From assembly GCA_951406725.2 (NCBI GenBank), contig OX597828.1:42842001-42906000 (forward strand): DNA of 64,000 nt. The letters are read 5' to 3'. The stretch's first letter is position 1. Each line of letters starts with the position of its first letter. The notes under the pieces are model-generated. The model worked only from the letters and a program-made list of their open reading frames with translations. It had not been told where the DNA came from and made no database searches. A program made the position numbers and the translations under genes. Shown piece after piece: positions 1 through 15,052 of the stretch. The DNA is from Octopus vulgaris (Eukaryota).

Positions 1-549
1 ATTAATCAATTAAAACCAGTGGCTTAGCATATTTAAAAAATCCGAAGATTAAAAATTATGTTACATACAACATTAAGAGGAATGACCACTAAAAGTGGAC
101 ACCTAATATACGGAACATAGACGTCAAATCGCCATTATCACGAAGAGTGTGTTCTCAAGAAAAATCTCAGCAAAACACCAAAATGTAAAAATGAGCAATA
201 CAAATGAAAATATACGAAATAAAAAACGATTACCATGGTTTCACTTGTTAATATTTACGTATGTTTTATATTTCGTATATTTTCATTTGTATTGCTAAGT
301 TTTACATTTTGGCCTTTTGCTGAGATTTTTCTTGAGAACACACTTTTCGTGGTAATGGCGATTTGACGTCTATGTTTAGCATATTAGGTGTCCACTTTAG
401 TGGTCATTCCCCTTAATTTTGTATATATATATATATATAGCCTGGTCGCTTAGCCAGCGGGGTGGCGTCATTTGAAGGCTAAAACAATGCGAAGCGCATT
501 GTGACCAGCGATGTGTAGCAACATTTGATAGCCTGGTCGGTCACGTGGT

Positions 550-595
<46 letters not shown>

Positions 596-619
596 GTATA
601 AAGTATAAAGTACTGTTTC

Positions 620-1520
620 CATATTAATGGGTTCTACCCAAAAAGTTTTCTAACCGTTGAGATATAAATATCATTTAATATTCGGATGAATCGTTATGGT
701 TTGGTGTGTATTAAAGAGCAGACTTTTTGGCCGGTCTCATAAGTTGCAAGAAAGTACGAGAAACAACGAGCGTAGAATGTAAAGAAAAAAAAAATGAAAC
801 GAGAAATAAAAGCATGGAATAAGGGTTGATAAAAATTTTCTCTCCTTGTTCTGTTAAAAGGAGAATTAACAACGTTTGGGGTAGTGAATTCGACGGGGAA
901 ATGTTAACGTTTGTGATATTGTAAGTTTAGTCTGGAGAGTGTGGTATTTTCTGGTTGGATAATAGAAACTTTCCTAATACTTTCATTTAGCGAAAACTCG
1001 GATCTAGAAATCTGTAGGTTGACGGATTTTTTGGATTTAAAAAAAGATAATTAGTTCTTACAGATTTCAAAACCTGCAATTACTTGACCCATCAGTATAC
1101 TGAGAGGATCATTCTACGCTGCTCCAGTTGAAGATATATGAGGTATTGTTGGTGTTCAAGTTCCAAATGTGGAACTTCTCTTGCTATATACTGGTCATCA
1201 TATCTTTTTTTAAAGTCACTTTCACATAGACCAAAATACTTTTCCCTTTGAGTTTCCTTATTTTGTAAAACTGAGTTGACCCCCAGCTTCGAAAACCCCT
1301 GAGTTAACCATGCAAGTCTGGTCAAGTGGGAAAATGTTTGCGTCGCTGCAGTCACATTTTAGAGTAAGCACCTGGTGTGCCTTACATGTAATGTTTTCAT
1401 GTTTGGTCAACATCTGTAAAGATCCTTCCCTGAATGCCCATTAAAAATTTTCTTGTATTTATGGTTATCAGGGAAGTTCTTATATATCAAGACAAAAATT
1501 TTTCTATCTTTGTCATAACA
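620..1520 (-). pseudogene. Decayed PLE 3' part (GIY-YIG domain, possibly Hydra-clade type)
   Basis: Broken frames give KCDCSDANIFPLD (cf. CNCR..CPL) and KYFGLCESDFKKRY (cf. YIGLTE..FKKRY); (TA)n flanks. Confidence 0.6.
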
Positions 1521-1622
1521 TTCAAAGAGGACTGGGTGGAGCTAAACATATAAAATTCCCAGCTCTACTTTTAGGCTTCGTACTCTTGATAACCGGGGTT
1601 GTTGGCCGCACACACGCACATG

Positions 1623-1743
<121 letters not shown>

Positions 1744-1815
1744 TATAGATACATATATACATACAAATATATACTTGTATGTGTATATATATACATTCAT
1801 ACATACATACACACA

Positions 1816-1867
<52 letters not shown>

Positions 1868-1907
1868 TTCATACATACATACATACATACATACATACAT
1901 ACATACA

Positions 1908-1943
<36 letters not shown>

Positions 1944-2177
1944 TATATTTTTAACGGAGAGAAAGAGTGAGAGAAATAACGTGGTAATTGTTGCTATCGT
2001 ATGGTTGCATTGTTAACGACACAAACCATGTTGCTAATGCGATAATTCGCTGCCAGTTTATCCATATGATTGTTATGAAGCTACAAATTCGATTTCAATA
2101 CCGAACAAAGACGCTCTAAGAAAATAAATGAAAAAAAAAATAAAATGCAAACAAGACAGACACCGCGACAAAAGAAA

Positions 2178-2221
<44 letters not shown>

Positions 2222-2600
2222 CTATACCTTCCTTTTATAAAAAAAAAAAAACCCGGAAAAAATGTTCAAAGAAATCTGCGAGGAACTTAAGAACGTGTTA
2301 ATAGTCTTACTATTCTTCAACGGAATTGTCCATTAAGCTAGAATCTTCAAACTGGTAGTGATTTTGTTCAGAGTCGAGAAACAAGAAAAATGGCTGAAGT
2401 CACTCTCGGTTCTATCTTTTCAATGTAACTTTGAAGCTGTTTGGGGGGGGGGGGAATGCTTCTCAACTGAATCCTTTTCCCTTTCATATGTAATCGCATT
2501 ACGTTATAAATTGGCTGGAAAAAAGACGTCGTTTTGTGTTTTGGTGAGTTTCTTTGGCTGATGTTTGTTAAGATGTGTTGTTATGTACGTGTGTGTGTGT

Positions 2601-2663
<63 letters not shown>

Positions 2664-2689
2664 TGTGTCTGTGTTCAATGTCTGCTGCG

Positions 2690-3460
2690 TATATTCGTTG
2701 CCTGTTATGTTTGTTTGTTGACTGTTGTGTGTGTTCTTTGTCTGTTGTGTGCGTTCGTTGACTGTTCTGTGTGTTCTTTGCTTATTGTGTGCGTTCGTTG
2801 CCTGTTGTGTGCATTCGTTGCCTGTTGTGAGCGCTCGTTGCCTGTTGTGAGCGCTCGTTGCCTGTTGTGTGCGTTCGTTGACTGTTGTGCGTTCGTTGAC
2901 TGTTGTGTGCGTTCGTTGACTGTTGTGTGCGTTCGTTGTCTGTTGTGTGCGTTCGTTGCCTGTTGTGTGCGTTCGTTGACTGTTGTGTGCGTTCTTTGCT
3001 TGTTGTGTGCGTTCGTTGCCTGTTGTGTGCATTCGTTGCATGTTGTGTGCGTTCGTTGCCTGTTGTGTGCGTTCGTTGCCTGTTGTGTGCGTTCGTTGCC
3101 TGTTGTGTGTGTTCGTTGCCTGTTGTGAGCGCTCGTTGACTGTTGTGTGCGTTCGTTGCCTGTTGTGTGCGTTCGTTGCCTGTTGTGTGTGTTCGTTGCC
3201 TGTTGTGAGCGCTCGTTGCCTGTTGTGTGTGTTCGTTCTCTGTTGTGTGCGTTCGTTGCCTGTTGTATGTGTTCGTTGTCTGTTGTGTGCGTGCGTTGTC
3301 TGTTGTGTGCGTTCGTTGCCTGTTGTGTGTTCGTTGCTTGTGTGTGTTCGTTGACTGTTGTGTGTGTTCCTTCTGTGTTGTGTGTGCTCGTTGCCAGTTG
3401 TGTGCGTTCGTTGTCTGTTGTGTGCCTTCGTTGTCAGTTGTATGTGTGTTCTGTGTTGGG
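2690..3460. repeat. 20-bp minisatellite (GTTCGTTGCCTGTTGTGTGC)n, roughly 38 units
   Basis: Clear 20-bp periodicity with eroded edges. Confidence 0.92.
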
Positions 3461-3901
3461 TGTTTCTGATGTGTTAAAGTAACTGTAATTTGTAAAAACG
3501 CGCGTGCGCCTGTGTGTATGTGTATTCGCGTATAAGCGTGTTTGTCGCGTGCAGTGTGTGTGTGATTATACATATAAATAAATACACAGATGCACATATA
3601 CATTTATGTACATTGAATAAAACAAACGAAGGAGAAATCTGTGTGTGTCTGTGTGTGTGTGTGTGTGGGGTGTATGTGTGTGGGTGTGTGTCTGTGCGTC
3701 TGTGTGTGCTTGTGTGTGTGTATTTATACGCAGAAGATCGACCGAAAGTGACATCCTTGAGTGCAAAATCCGACATTTCGGACATGGTCCTTCTGCCGGG
3801 AAAATTCAACTGGAGGGAAGTGCAAGAAAGTCCGCACAGTATCTCATTTTCTGTGCTTCAGAAACTGGCTAAAACTGCTGCGATTTTCTACGCACAGATA
3901 C

Positions 3902-3961
<60 letters not shown>

Positions 3962-4072
3962 TCAGGGTGAAAACTCGATAAATGTAAGCACCTGTATATG
4001 CCAGCTAGTAGCATAGGTGATAGGATATATGTAGCAAATGAAATAAATGAAAAACAGGACACAAAGGATGTT

Positions 4073-4165
4073 GCGGTACATATGTTTCGGGCTTTATAGA
4101 ACAACTTATTCTTACGTCAATGCATAATCGACATTACAGATAGTTCAAAAGCCTTCTTCAGCCGC
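4073..4165 (-). ncRNA. Type I hammerhead motif with long extended stem II
   Basis: Minus strand: gcgg|CTGAAGA|aggcttt..~50 nt..aaagccc|GAAA|catat|GTA|ccgc; stem III palindrome acatatgt. Confidence 0.8.
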
Positions 4166-4308
4166 GTGCAATTGCTACACCAAAGACTTGTATCACATTA
4201 TAAAAGGTTATGTCGATAATGCATTCATATGAGAATAAGTTGTTCTATAAAGCCCGAAACATATGTACCGCAACATCCTTTGTGTCCTGTTTTTCATTTA
4301 TTTCATTT

Positions 4309-4360
<52 letters not shown>

Positions 4361-4377
4361 GAGAGAGTGACAGAGAC

Positions 4378-4430
<53 letters not shown>

Positions 4431-4870
4431 CACACACAGACACACATAAATTCTTCTTCAATCCCTCCTTCTCTCTCTCTGTCTCTCCCTGTCTCTGTTT
4501 TTCTGTCTCTCTCCGTCTCCAATAATCTTTCAGTCACATTATTGCTTCATTACGCCCTCGGATTTCTTTCCTATCTCTAACGTTGTCATCTTACAACACA
4601 TACAACAACAATAACAACAACGATATAGTCTCTCTCTCTCTCTCTTTCTCTCTCACACACACACTCACACACGCATCCATACACACACGCGCGCACACAC
4701 TCACTCAAACAACCACATCCTTCTTGTAGAGACCTATGCGCTTACACACACAAAAAAATATACGGACATATACATGTTCCTATTGCATTTTTGGCCTCTA
4801 ATTTGATATGAGGATTACACCGTTTCTCCATCGCTTCTTTTTCATATATTTGCTATACATACATAGATGA

Positions 4871-5012
<142 letters not shown>

Positions 5013-5014
5013 CC

Positions 5015-5057
<43 letters not shown>

Positions 5058-5123
5058 GTATGTATATACACATATTCAAAGACATATATGTGTTTATATA
5101 TATATATGTGTTATATATATGTG

Positions 5124-5180
<57 letters not shown>

Positions 5181-6038
5181 TATGTTTGTGCACGCACACA
5201 CACACACACACATATATATCAGCTATTGCTCTCTTTGCTAGCGAGAAGAGACCATCTGCGAACTATAAAGAATTTCAATTCCTCCAAAGATAAGACAACC
5301 AACATTAAAATCCTATTTGCTACTTTTATTTGTTATTTATTATATTTTTGTTTCATTTGTGCCATCGCTTTTTTATTCAGAAAAAAATAACAACAACAAA
5401 AAACGATGTCTTTTCTAAGGGGGTAGTTTTACTACATTTCACAAATATCCAATTTACTTATCTTATTTAGAACTCGAGAAAGATAAAATTGAAATGTCTT
5501 TTTAAAAGTCTTTTACCTCGCCTGTAGTATTTAAGTATAAACACAGACGTGTGTGCGAAACGTAGTAATTCCTCTTCGTAGATATAAAGATAAACTGAAG
5601 ACTAATATCGAGCTTACTGAAAAAAATATATCAGAGTTTGAGGAATATGCTGCTGACCGTTGTAGGAAGGAGAAAATCTGTCAATATGGCATCTGGAGCT
5701 ATATCAACGCAAGGAGTGAGTACTTCGGTGATTTAAGACAAGGTCAAAAGATTGCAGTTTCCTTTTACTGTTTTCAGTATAAAGGATGTTGGCTGGTTTG
5801 CAATAACGAAGCAGATGAGGTGGAGTGTCTCACAGGAAGCACAAACAGTAAAAAAATGTGAAGTAAAAAGCAGAAAGTAAAACTCATTTGGTTTTATATG
5901 TTGAATACGACGAGCGAGCCTATCATATGCATGTATAGATGTCTGTGGCAGTGAACGAACTACAAAGATATTATTACATATTGCTATACATTGAATATTT
6001 TACTTTACATTTAATGAGATATGAAACGAAAACTAGTA

Positions 6039-6092
<54 letters not shown>

Positions 6093-6097
<5 letters not shown>

Positions 6098-6133
6098 TCT
6101 TTTTAGTTTCAGCTCAGAGCTGCGGCCATGCTG
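6093..6133 (-). mobile_element. Ultra-short LINE 3'-end insertion (~40 bp) at a microsatellite junction
   Basis: Minus strand CAGCATGGCCGCAGCTCTGAGCTGAAACTAAAAAG closely matches the LINE terminus at 37796-37830. Confidence 0.65.
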
Positions 6134-6166
<33 letters not shown>

Positions 6167-6276
6167 TGTATGTATGTATGTATGTATGTATGTATGTATG
6201 TATGTATGTATGTATGTATGTATGTATGTATGTATGTATGAATGTATGTATGTATGTATGTATGTATGTATGTATG

Positions 6277-6321
<45 letters not shown>

Positions 6322-7039
6322 TTTACGTATTTTTGTATATATATTTTTGTATACATATATACACACGTATACATATGTATATATGTGTTTGTGTGTGCGT
6401 GTGTGTGTGTCTTCGTGTTAGGTTTTTCTTCTCTACCACCACATGACAACCGCTGCTGGTTTGTTCACGTCCCCGTTACTTAGCGGTTCAGCGAAAGCGA
6501 ATGATAGCATATGTACAGTGCTTACAAAACTAAGTATTGGAATCATTTAGCTCGAATAAAACAACTGAAAGCGGTGCTCCAGTATGACTGCATTCCAATG
6601 ACAGATACAAGAAAAAAAAAGTGCGGGGTGGGGACTACAAACAAAACAAGAAATAAATTAAATATCAAAGAATCCATGAAATGTCAGTCCTTTCTTCGCC
6701 ACAACCCATCCAAACTTTAAAGAATTTCGTACACTGCAGATATCCTTAGCTAACTCTACATTGACTACAAAGCGAACAGCTGTGAAATTGATAGCCGTGC
6801 TGTTGTAGATAATTGTTTAGAGTTTCTATAAGATGAGATATTTTGGCTCCAAGCCATCGAGCCACCGACCTGCTCGACTGCTAAAGGCCAATGTAAGTGG
6901 GTAAGGTTAATCACCTTCTGCAAACCTAGATGGATAAGCTAGGTACAAGAGGGGTGGTATATCTACCATCCTGAGTACCCGGTTGTATTAGAAATAGTAG
7001 CAAAGTCACTCTCTCTCTCTTCTTTTTTTATAGCAATGA

Positions 7040-7400
7040 TAAAAACGAAATTCCTGCGGTAATTGGTGCGCTTGGCGCAACACTCAAGCTGCTACCTCAA
7101 AGAACGAAGAATATTGGAATTGAGACACGCATTGTCGACCTGCAGATTTGAGGAGACTTGTTGTCATCAAAATACAAGGTAGCATTTATGCTAATTAAAT
7201 TTGCATGTGATGAACTTGGAATTGTGTCAATTATTGTTGGGGCCTTGGGGACAGCATTAGAAAGCATCAAGTGGGACATAAAGGAAATCGGAATAGGGCC
7301 TAGTAGAACTGTTACAAATGCTTTACCTCCTTGGTACGGCCAGAATAAGGGCATAGAATGATATCGTAGGCTGCAGGTAGTAAGTCTACCGCGCATGCAA
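7040..7400 (+). pseudogene. Relic of RLE-type non-LTR retrotransposon C-terminus (R4/Dong-like)
   Basis: IVSIIVGALGTALESIKWDIKEIGI and a second IPAVIGALG motif near 7050. Confidence 0.55.
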
Positions 7401-7658
7401 GAATGTACAGGTTCCAACGAAAACTGAGTTGCAAAGAAAAAAATTATGGTAGTTTAAAATCTTTTTGAGTAGTGGGGGAGTGAAGATAATTATATCAACC
7501 CCAATGCTTACTTAACTGGTAATTATTTCATCGACCCCGGAAGGATGGAAGAACAAAGCCAGCCTCAGCGGAATTTGAACTCAGAACGTAAAGACGGACG
7601 AAATGCCGCTAAGCATATCGTCTGGCATGCTAACGATTCTGCCGGCTAACTGCCTTTA

Positions 7659-8004
<346 letters not shown>

Positions 8005-8010
<6 letters not shown>

Positions 8011-8364
8011 GATAAGGGGGAGCATCATAGCCATGTGTTGAGATGGATTCTTTGGGGTTTGAATAATTCACCTCTGGAAACATGGGTGGTTCTTTCAACA
8101 TCCTTAAACAACCCTTATTCAGGGACCTTTTGAGCGGGATGGGCTACTTGACCTGAAGAAAATTCTAACTGGGCCCCACCTGCAAGGTCATGCGCTGTTT
8201 ACCTTGATATGATATCACCATGTCGCGCACATATGGTTGTGATGCATCTGCCTGGTGTACCCTTATCAGACGGGTAGTCATGATGGGTATATTGGGCTTC
8301 GTATATTTTACCCCAGTGTCACTTTGATGACATGAACTGCTCTCTCACATAATAATAATAATAA
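8005..8364 (+). mobile_element. Retroposon 3' fragment ending in (TAA)n, inserted in a (TAA)n tract
   Basis: Unique ~350 bp flanked by (TAA)n on both sides; no ORF. Confidence 0.45.
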
Positions 8365-9424
8365 GCCTGAAATTTTTTTGTGGGAGAAAAAATATTGTGG
8401 ATACTTATTTTATTTGTATCACAATATGAACATAGAAAATAGTTTGATGCGAATAAAATTCAAATGAACATACATTAACGTGAAATATACAATATGTATA
8501 AGAGGTGCCTACACATGTTTCAATCTGGTCACTATGTAAACAATGCTTCGGAATATTCGAACCATGTTAATAGTTTTAGATGTAAAAAAATAACAACAAA
8601 GTGTCTACGTATCACGAGGGCTATCTCATTCAATAGGCTAATGCTTATATGCTTTTCCACAGGAATACAAATTGGTGGTAAATAGCTTTCTAGAGAAGAT
8701 GGATGAGGACTACATATTCATATGTTTAGTATTTACGTAATGTAAACATTAGTTTGTTCGAAAAGTAAGAGGGGACGCCGATGGAGTAATAGTGGGAGGT
8801 ATTAGCTAATGTAAATGTATGTTTATATATATATAAGTACGTGATATATAAAATCTAACTGGATAAGCGATATAACTAAAAAAGATTTTTGATGTGTTTA
8901 AAACGTGAATTTCCCAAAGTAGAGAAGGTGAGACCAGTTTTGGTTCTAGCTATTGGGAATAATCCTTACTATTTTGATTTGTGGCTCATAGTCAGAAAAT
9001 GAGAATTATGTCGTTTGCCTGCAGCAGCATGGCATCTCGAAGTTTTGTTTAAGCTTCGGATATTCTGAAATAAAATGCTTGCATAAAACATTCAAACGGA
9101 ATGAGCTTTTTCGTTTACATATGGGAAAACAATCAATAAAAAATTCCTTTTTTCTTTTAAATGTAAACGCTGCTCCTTTTAAGAACCAAATATCTTTGGA
9201 AAAAGTCGTAGAAATTTTCTGTGGTTCTTCGATGAATGAATTTATTGGGTGGGTGGGGGGGGAGCATTGAAAGAACTTGTGGTTCATCTTTGGCTTGCTG
9301 CTATTATATAACAGATCCCTAGCATTTGAAGACCCTTTTTTTGTTTTTGAGGGCAGTCAATTACAGTTTAGCGAAGAAACAGTAAATGGTTAAGTGAGCT
9401 TTCAAAATTTTTATCTTATGAATA

Positions 9425-9527
<103 letters not shown>

Positions 9528-9949
9528 ATAATTAAGAAATGAAAATAAATTAAATTTAGGAAATCTTTGGAAATATTCACTCGTTGGTTTAGACTGCAAA
9601 TTGGATTATGCCACAAAACATTTTATTTCCTTAATTAAGAATATTCGATTTGTTTTTTTGTTTTTTTTTATTTGAACTGTGAGCTACTACAGCGAATTTT
9701 AGATTAAATTTTGATATTGAGAAGTACGTATGAATATTGCTTCATCTGAATTTAAAGATGACATATCTTTACTAAAACTAGACACTAAATTTTATATCAT
9801 ATTGGATGGTGATTCACATTCACATTTGTATGAAATGAACTTTCGTTAGTCGTTTGACAAGGTTCAAATTTATTTGTATCTAAAAAAATTAGCTGTGCTT
9901 ATATTAAATTCAACTATAATTCATAAACCACTAAATAATTTTATGACAT

Positions 9950-10680
9950 CTAATGCTATATCTAACTAATTTATCAATAATGACCTTGTGTGATACATAC
10001 AGGTCGTCGTCCCTGTATAAGCCGCTGTCTCTCACATCACAACGTTGAAAATATTTCATGCGAATGGATCAAAATATATATTCCTATAATATTGCGTTAT
10101 TCAGTCATTTTGTATGACCCACGTAAGCATCAAACACATTTATCATTGCCTTTTCTTTCTTACTCTGGATGTGTTACCGAGAAAACAATAAAAGATTTCT
10201 ATGCTTGCATAGAATTCACTAAATTGCCTGATACTGTTGTCAAAATCCAAGGCTTTGAGATGAAGGGATTCAGTTATGGAAGGATAATATTCTATAATAT
10301 CAAACTGAGTAAATTTACTTTGTTGTTTGCCGCTAATACTACATTCTGAGACACAATTGTTCCATAATGGAAGAGAAATTCCATTTATTATTCTAAATAC
10401 AATTGAATCTAGATTGTGCTTCCTAACTATGTTTAGATCAGTTTTGGACGAGTTGATTAACCTGCATTTAGGGGTTACTAGAGAAACCAACATCAATCTA
10501 TGTCTCTTAAGAGCAATGCATTGTGGGTGAGAAACTATATATGCTACTCTGCCGTCTCTATCGAGGGCAGTGTCGACTTCATTAGTTTCTAGGCTTCTGG
10601 ATTTGTATATGTTGGTGCCAAAGCTTTGGTAAATACAAATAATGTTGTTGGATAAGTGTCTGTTATAAGTGTATTTGTCT
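9950..10680 (-). pseudogene. Decayed PLE reverse transcriptase fragment (possibly Hydra-clade type)
   Basis: PKCRLINSSK, KFTQFDIIEYYPSITESL..KALDF, and GLYRDDDL at ~10000-10024 in broken frames. Confidence 0.75.
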
Positions 10681-11561
10681 ATGCCGTAAAGATGTTTTGT
10701 CTTGTCCGATGATACATGGATTTTTCTTCGTGGAATTTCGTAATGATGCTAAATGGTAAATTCTTCTTTAAAGAGCCTTGGAAGAAAATGTGGTATATAC
10801 GTACATATATACAAATATATACATACATACATACATACATACATACATACATACATACATACATACATACATACATTCATACATACATACACATATACAT
10901 AAATATAGATGTACACACACACACACACATATATATGTATGTACGTTTATATATACATACATACATACATGCATACATACATATATATATATATAAATAT
11001 ATATATATATATGTATATGTATACATATACACATTGATATATTGATACATGCATGTCTGCATGTATGTGCGTATATGTATGTGTGTTTCTGCGTGCACGC
11101 ATGCATACGCGCGCGCGTATGTGATTGTGTGAGTATGTGCATGTATAAGGGAAAGGAACGTGAAAGACAGAGAGTTCATCTGAGAGTAAGGTACAGAGAA
11201 AAGGTTCGTGTGGGGGATGAGACAGAGACAATGAGGAATAGAGACCGAGAGACTGAGAGACAGAGATAGAGATAGATAGATACATAGGTAGACAGACAGA
11301 TAGATAGAGAGAGAGAGAGAATGAGAGAAAGAGAGTGAGAGAGAGAGAGAATGAGAGAAAGAGAGTGAGAGAGAGAGAGATAGGTGATGTAGAGGTATTG
11401 ATAGACAGAGGTAGTGATATAAAAGTCAGCAAAGGTTATCACAGCTCGACGTAGACCAAATGTTTCCAGTGAACGAAGACGTTTTGTTATGTCTGATAAA
11501 ACCAAATCTAGTAAGTGGCGCCCTCTACCGCCCACCCACCCCTCCTCCTCCACGTGCACCC

Positions 11562-11594
<33 letters not shown>

Positions 11595-11733
11595 GCTCTC
11601 TCTCTCTCTCTTTCTCTTTCTCTCTCTCTCTCTCTGTCTCTCTTTCTCTTTCTCTACTTCTGAAGTTTTGCAGATGTTACCCTCGTGTTCTACTGCTTAT
11701 TGAAGTCGTTGTTGTTGTTGTTGTTGTTGAAGT

Positions 11734-11767
<34 letters not shown>

Positions 11768-11820
11768 CCCATCGATGCTACGTTTTATACATTCGCTGCT
11801 GTTTATCCCGATTTTTACTT

Positions 11821-11860
<40 letters not shown>

Positions 11861-11984
11861 CAGTAGTAGTAGTAGTAGTAGTAGTAGCAGCAGCAGCAGT
11901 AGAAGTAGTTGTAATTGTTGTTGTTGTAGTTAATTCTGATGTCATTTTTGTAGTTGCTAAAATCGTCACTGTTGTTGTTGCTCT

Positions 11985-12016
<32 letters not shown>

Positions 12017-12230
12017 TTGTTGTTGTTGTTGATACTGATGCTATCGGCTTCCATGTTGTCGCTGATTGTTGTTGTTGTTGCTTTTTATTATTGTTATCAT
12101 TGCTAATGTTGTCATTTATTTTTTTATTGCTTTTGTTGTTGTTGTTCTTGTTAATGCTGCAGTTATTATTATTATTGTTAATTTTATCGTATTTTTTTAT
12201 TTCTGATGGTGTTTGTTGTTGTTGTTGTTG

Positions 12231-12522
12231 CTCTTCTTCTTCTTCTTCTTCTTCTTCTTCTTCTTCTTCTTCTTCTTTCTCTTCTTCTTCTTCTTTCTCT
12301 TCTTCTTCTTCTTCTTCTTCTTTTCTTCTTCTTCTTCTTCTTCTTCTCCTTCTTCTTCTCCTCTTCTTCTTCTTCTTCTTCTTCTTCTTCTTCTTCTTCT
12401 TCTTCTTCTTCTTCTTCTTCTTCTTCTTCTTCTTCTTCTTCTTCTTCTTCTTCTTCTTCTTCTTCTTCTTTTTCTTCTTCTTCTTCTTCTTCTTCTTCTT
12501 CTTCTTCTTCTTCTTCTTCTTC
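12231..12522. repeat. (CTT)n microsatellite
   Basis: Direct reading. Confidence 0.95.
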
Positions 12523-12619
12523 TGTTCTTTTTGATGTTGCTCATACTGTTGATGTTCTTCACGATGTTATTGATGCTGCTGCTGTTGTTGTTGTTACTGT
12601 TTATTGTGTACAAACGTGA

Positions 12620-12883
12620 GTGTGTTAGTGGTTAGAGTATTCGGATCACGATCGTATCGTCGTGAGTTCGATACCAGGCTGCGCGTTGTGATACACTTGA
12701 GCAAGACACTTTATTTCGCGTAGCCTTGTCAGATTCTGTGTCACGCTGAATCTCCCCGAGAACTACGTTAAGGGTTACATGTGTCTGTGGAGTACTCAGC
12801 CACTTGCACGTTAATTTCACGAGCAGGCTGTTCCGTTGATCGGATCAACTGGAAAAATCGTCGTCGTAACCGATGGAGTGCCA
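12620..12883 (+). mobile_element. tRNA-derived SINE family C
   Basis: TAGTGGTTAG A-box, GAGTTCGATACC B-box, CTTGAGCAAGACACTT core-like motif. Confidence 0.7.
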
Positions 12884-13297
12884 CTGTTTCTTGCTGTTAT
12901 CGTTCCTAATATCTTTGTTGTTGTTGCCCCTGTTTACACTATTGAAGACAGTGTTGTCTTCAGCTTGCCATGACCAAGTTGTTCCAACCGTAGCCATCCT
13001 GTCTTTTTATTCACCAAGGAGATGCAGGAGTACGAATTTGCAGATGTGGAAGAGGAGAAGAAAAAACTGATGGAGGCGTTAAAAGGCATCACTTGGCAAG
13101 AATTATATTACGGTTTCGAATAGTGTAAAACGCGTCTGGACCGATGCATTGCTTCAAATGGAGAATACTTTGAAGGCGATAAAAGTGTAAACTTGTAAAA
13201 CTAAGTGAATAAAATAAGATTGCAAAATCCTGGTTTCTTTTGGGTACTTCCTCGCATGCGTGACAACCAGTTAGTTGGAACCCGGCCATGAAAAAAT

Positions 13298-13875
13298 AAT
13301 CTTTTCTATTCTAGGCACAAAGCCTGAAATTTTTGGGGAGTGGGCCATTCGGTTAGATCGACCTCAATACGCAACTGGTACTTAATTTATCGACACCGAA
13401 AGTATAAAAGGCAAAGAAGACCTCGGCGGAATTTGAACTCAGAACGTAAAGACAGACGCAATACCGCTAAGTATTTCACTTGCCTTCCTAACACCGCCTT
13501 AGGGAGCTAAAGATTCTGCCAGTTCGTCGCTCCTAATGCTTCTATTTATTCTTTTTTACTCTCGGCACAAGGCCCTAAATTTTGGGGGAGGGGGCCAGTC
13601 GGTTAGATCGACCCCAGCACGCAGCCGGTACTTAATTTATCGATCCCGAAATGATGAAAGGCAAAGTCGACCTCGGCGGAATTTGAACTCAGAACGTAAA
13701 GACAAACGTAATACCTATTTCTTTATTACCCACAAGGGGCTAAACACAGAGAGGACAAACAAGGACAGACAAACGGATTAAGTCGGTTATATCGACCCCA
13801 GTGCGTAACTGGTACTTAATTTATCGACCCCGAAAGGATGAAAGGCGTGCTAACGTTTCTGCCACCTCGCCACCT
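13298..13875 (-). mobile_element. SINE family B tandem multimer
   Basis: Reverse-complement modules. Confidence 0.8.
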
Positions 13876-14382
13876 TCCGGCCATTATAAGAATAACAACC
13901 TATGACAGCATTATTCAACCTATCTCAAGCTGTGGACTGGCAGAATTGTTAGCACAAGGTTTTGGTGCATTTCTTTCGGTTCTTCACGTCCTGAACTCAA
14001 TTTCCGCCGATGTCAACTTCACTTTTTCTCTTGTTCGGGGTCAATTGAATAATTACCAGTCGAACACTGAACGCGATGTGATCGACTTACCTCTTCCCTT
14101 AAAACCAAAACGTTCCAAAATTTCAAAGCATTATTTAACCTTTTCGTGGTCACGTTGTTCCAGTTCAGTCAGCTGTAGAAATAAATGAGTTTCGACATCA
14201 CTGGTGCCAAGCTGTATAGGTACCTTTGCCTTTGCCGTTGATAACATCGGTAGCGTGAAGAGAAGGGAGCCTGGTATCCATGGGTGACTGTTGGTCTTTT
14301 ATAAAAGACCTAAGCCGGACTTGAACCTCGGAGTGGAACTTTCTAGGTGCAATCCCATGGACATTCATGACCGAAGAAGAGT

Positions 14383-14434
<52 letters not shown>

Positions 14435-14567
14435 TCAATAAATGGTGGGGTTGTGTTGAACGCACGTGGAGAAATGATAAGTAAGGAAAAATTTTTTTAA
14501 AGATGCAGAATGCTCAAATGAAAGAAAATTTTAATAAAATGAGAAATTGATAAAATATATAAATATG

Positions 14568-14642
<75 letters not shown>

Positions 14643-14689
14643 GTATGTACATGTATGTATATATACATATGTATATATATATATATGTA

Positions 14690-14735
<46 letters not shown>

Positions 14736-14833
14736 ACATATATACATACATACATACACACACACATATATATACTTATATACATACATATATATATATA
14801 CATACATACATACATACATATATATATATATTT

Positions 14834-14927
<94 letters not shown>

Positions 14928-15052
14928 TAAATAATAGAGAATCCCTTGAATTAGCTACTTAAGTTGAAGCACCAAGTCAGTCCGGTATTATCCGCACAGC
15001 TCGAAGTACGGTGAATAAAATCAAAATAAGCAACAGGATATCAAGTAGTGAT

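Noticed and set aside
2565-3603. Cys-rich or Thr/His-rich repeat proteins
   Set aside because: 20-bp period is not a multiple of 3; minisatellite artefact.
5553-5861. 102-aa ORF
   Set aside because: No recognisable domain; possibly decayed transposon, unsupported.
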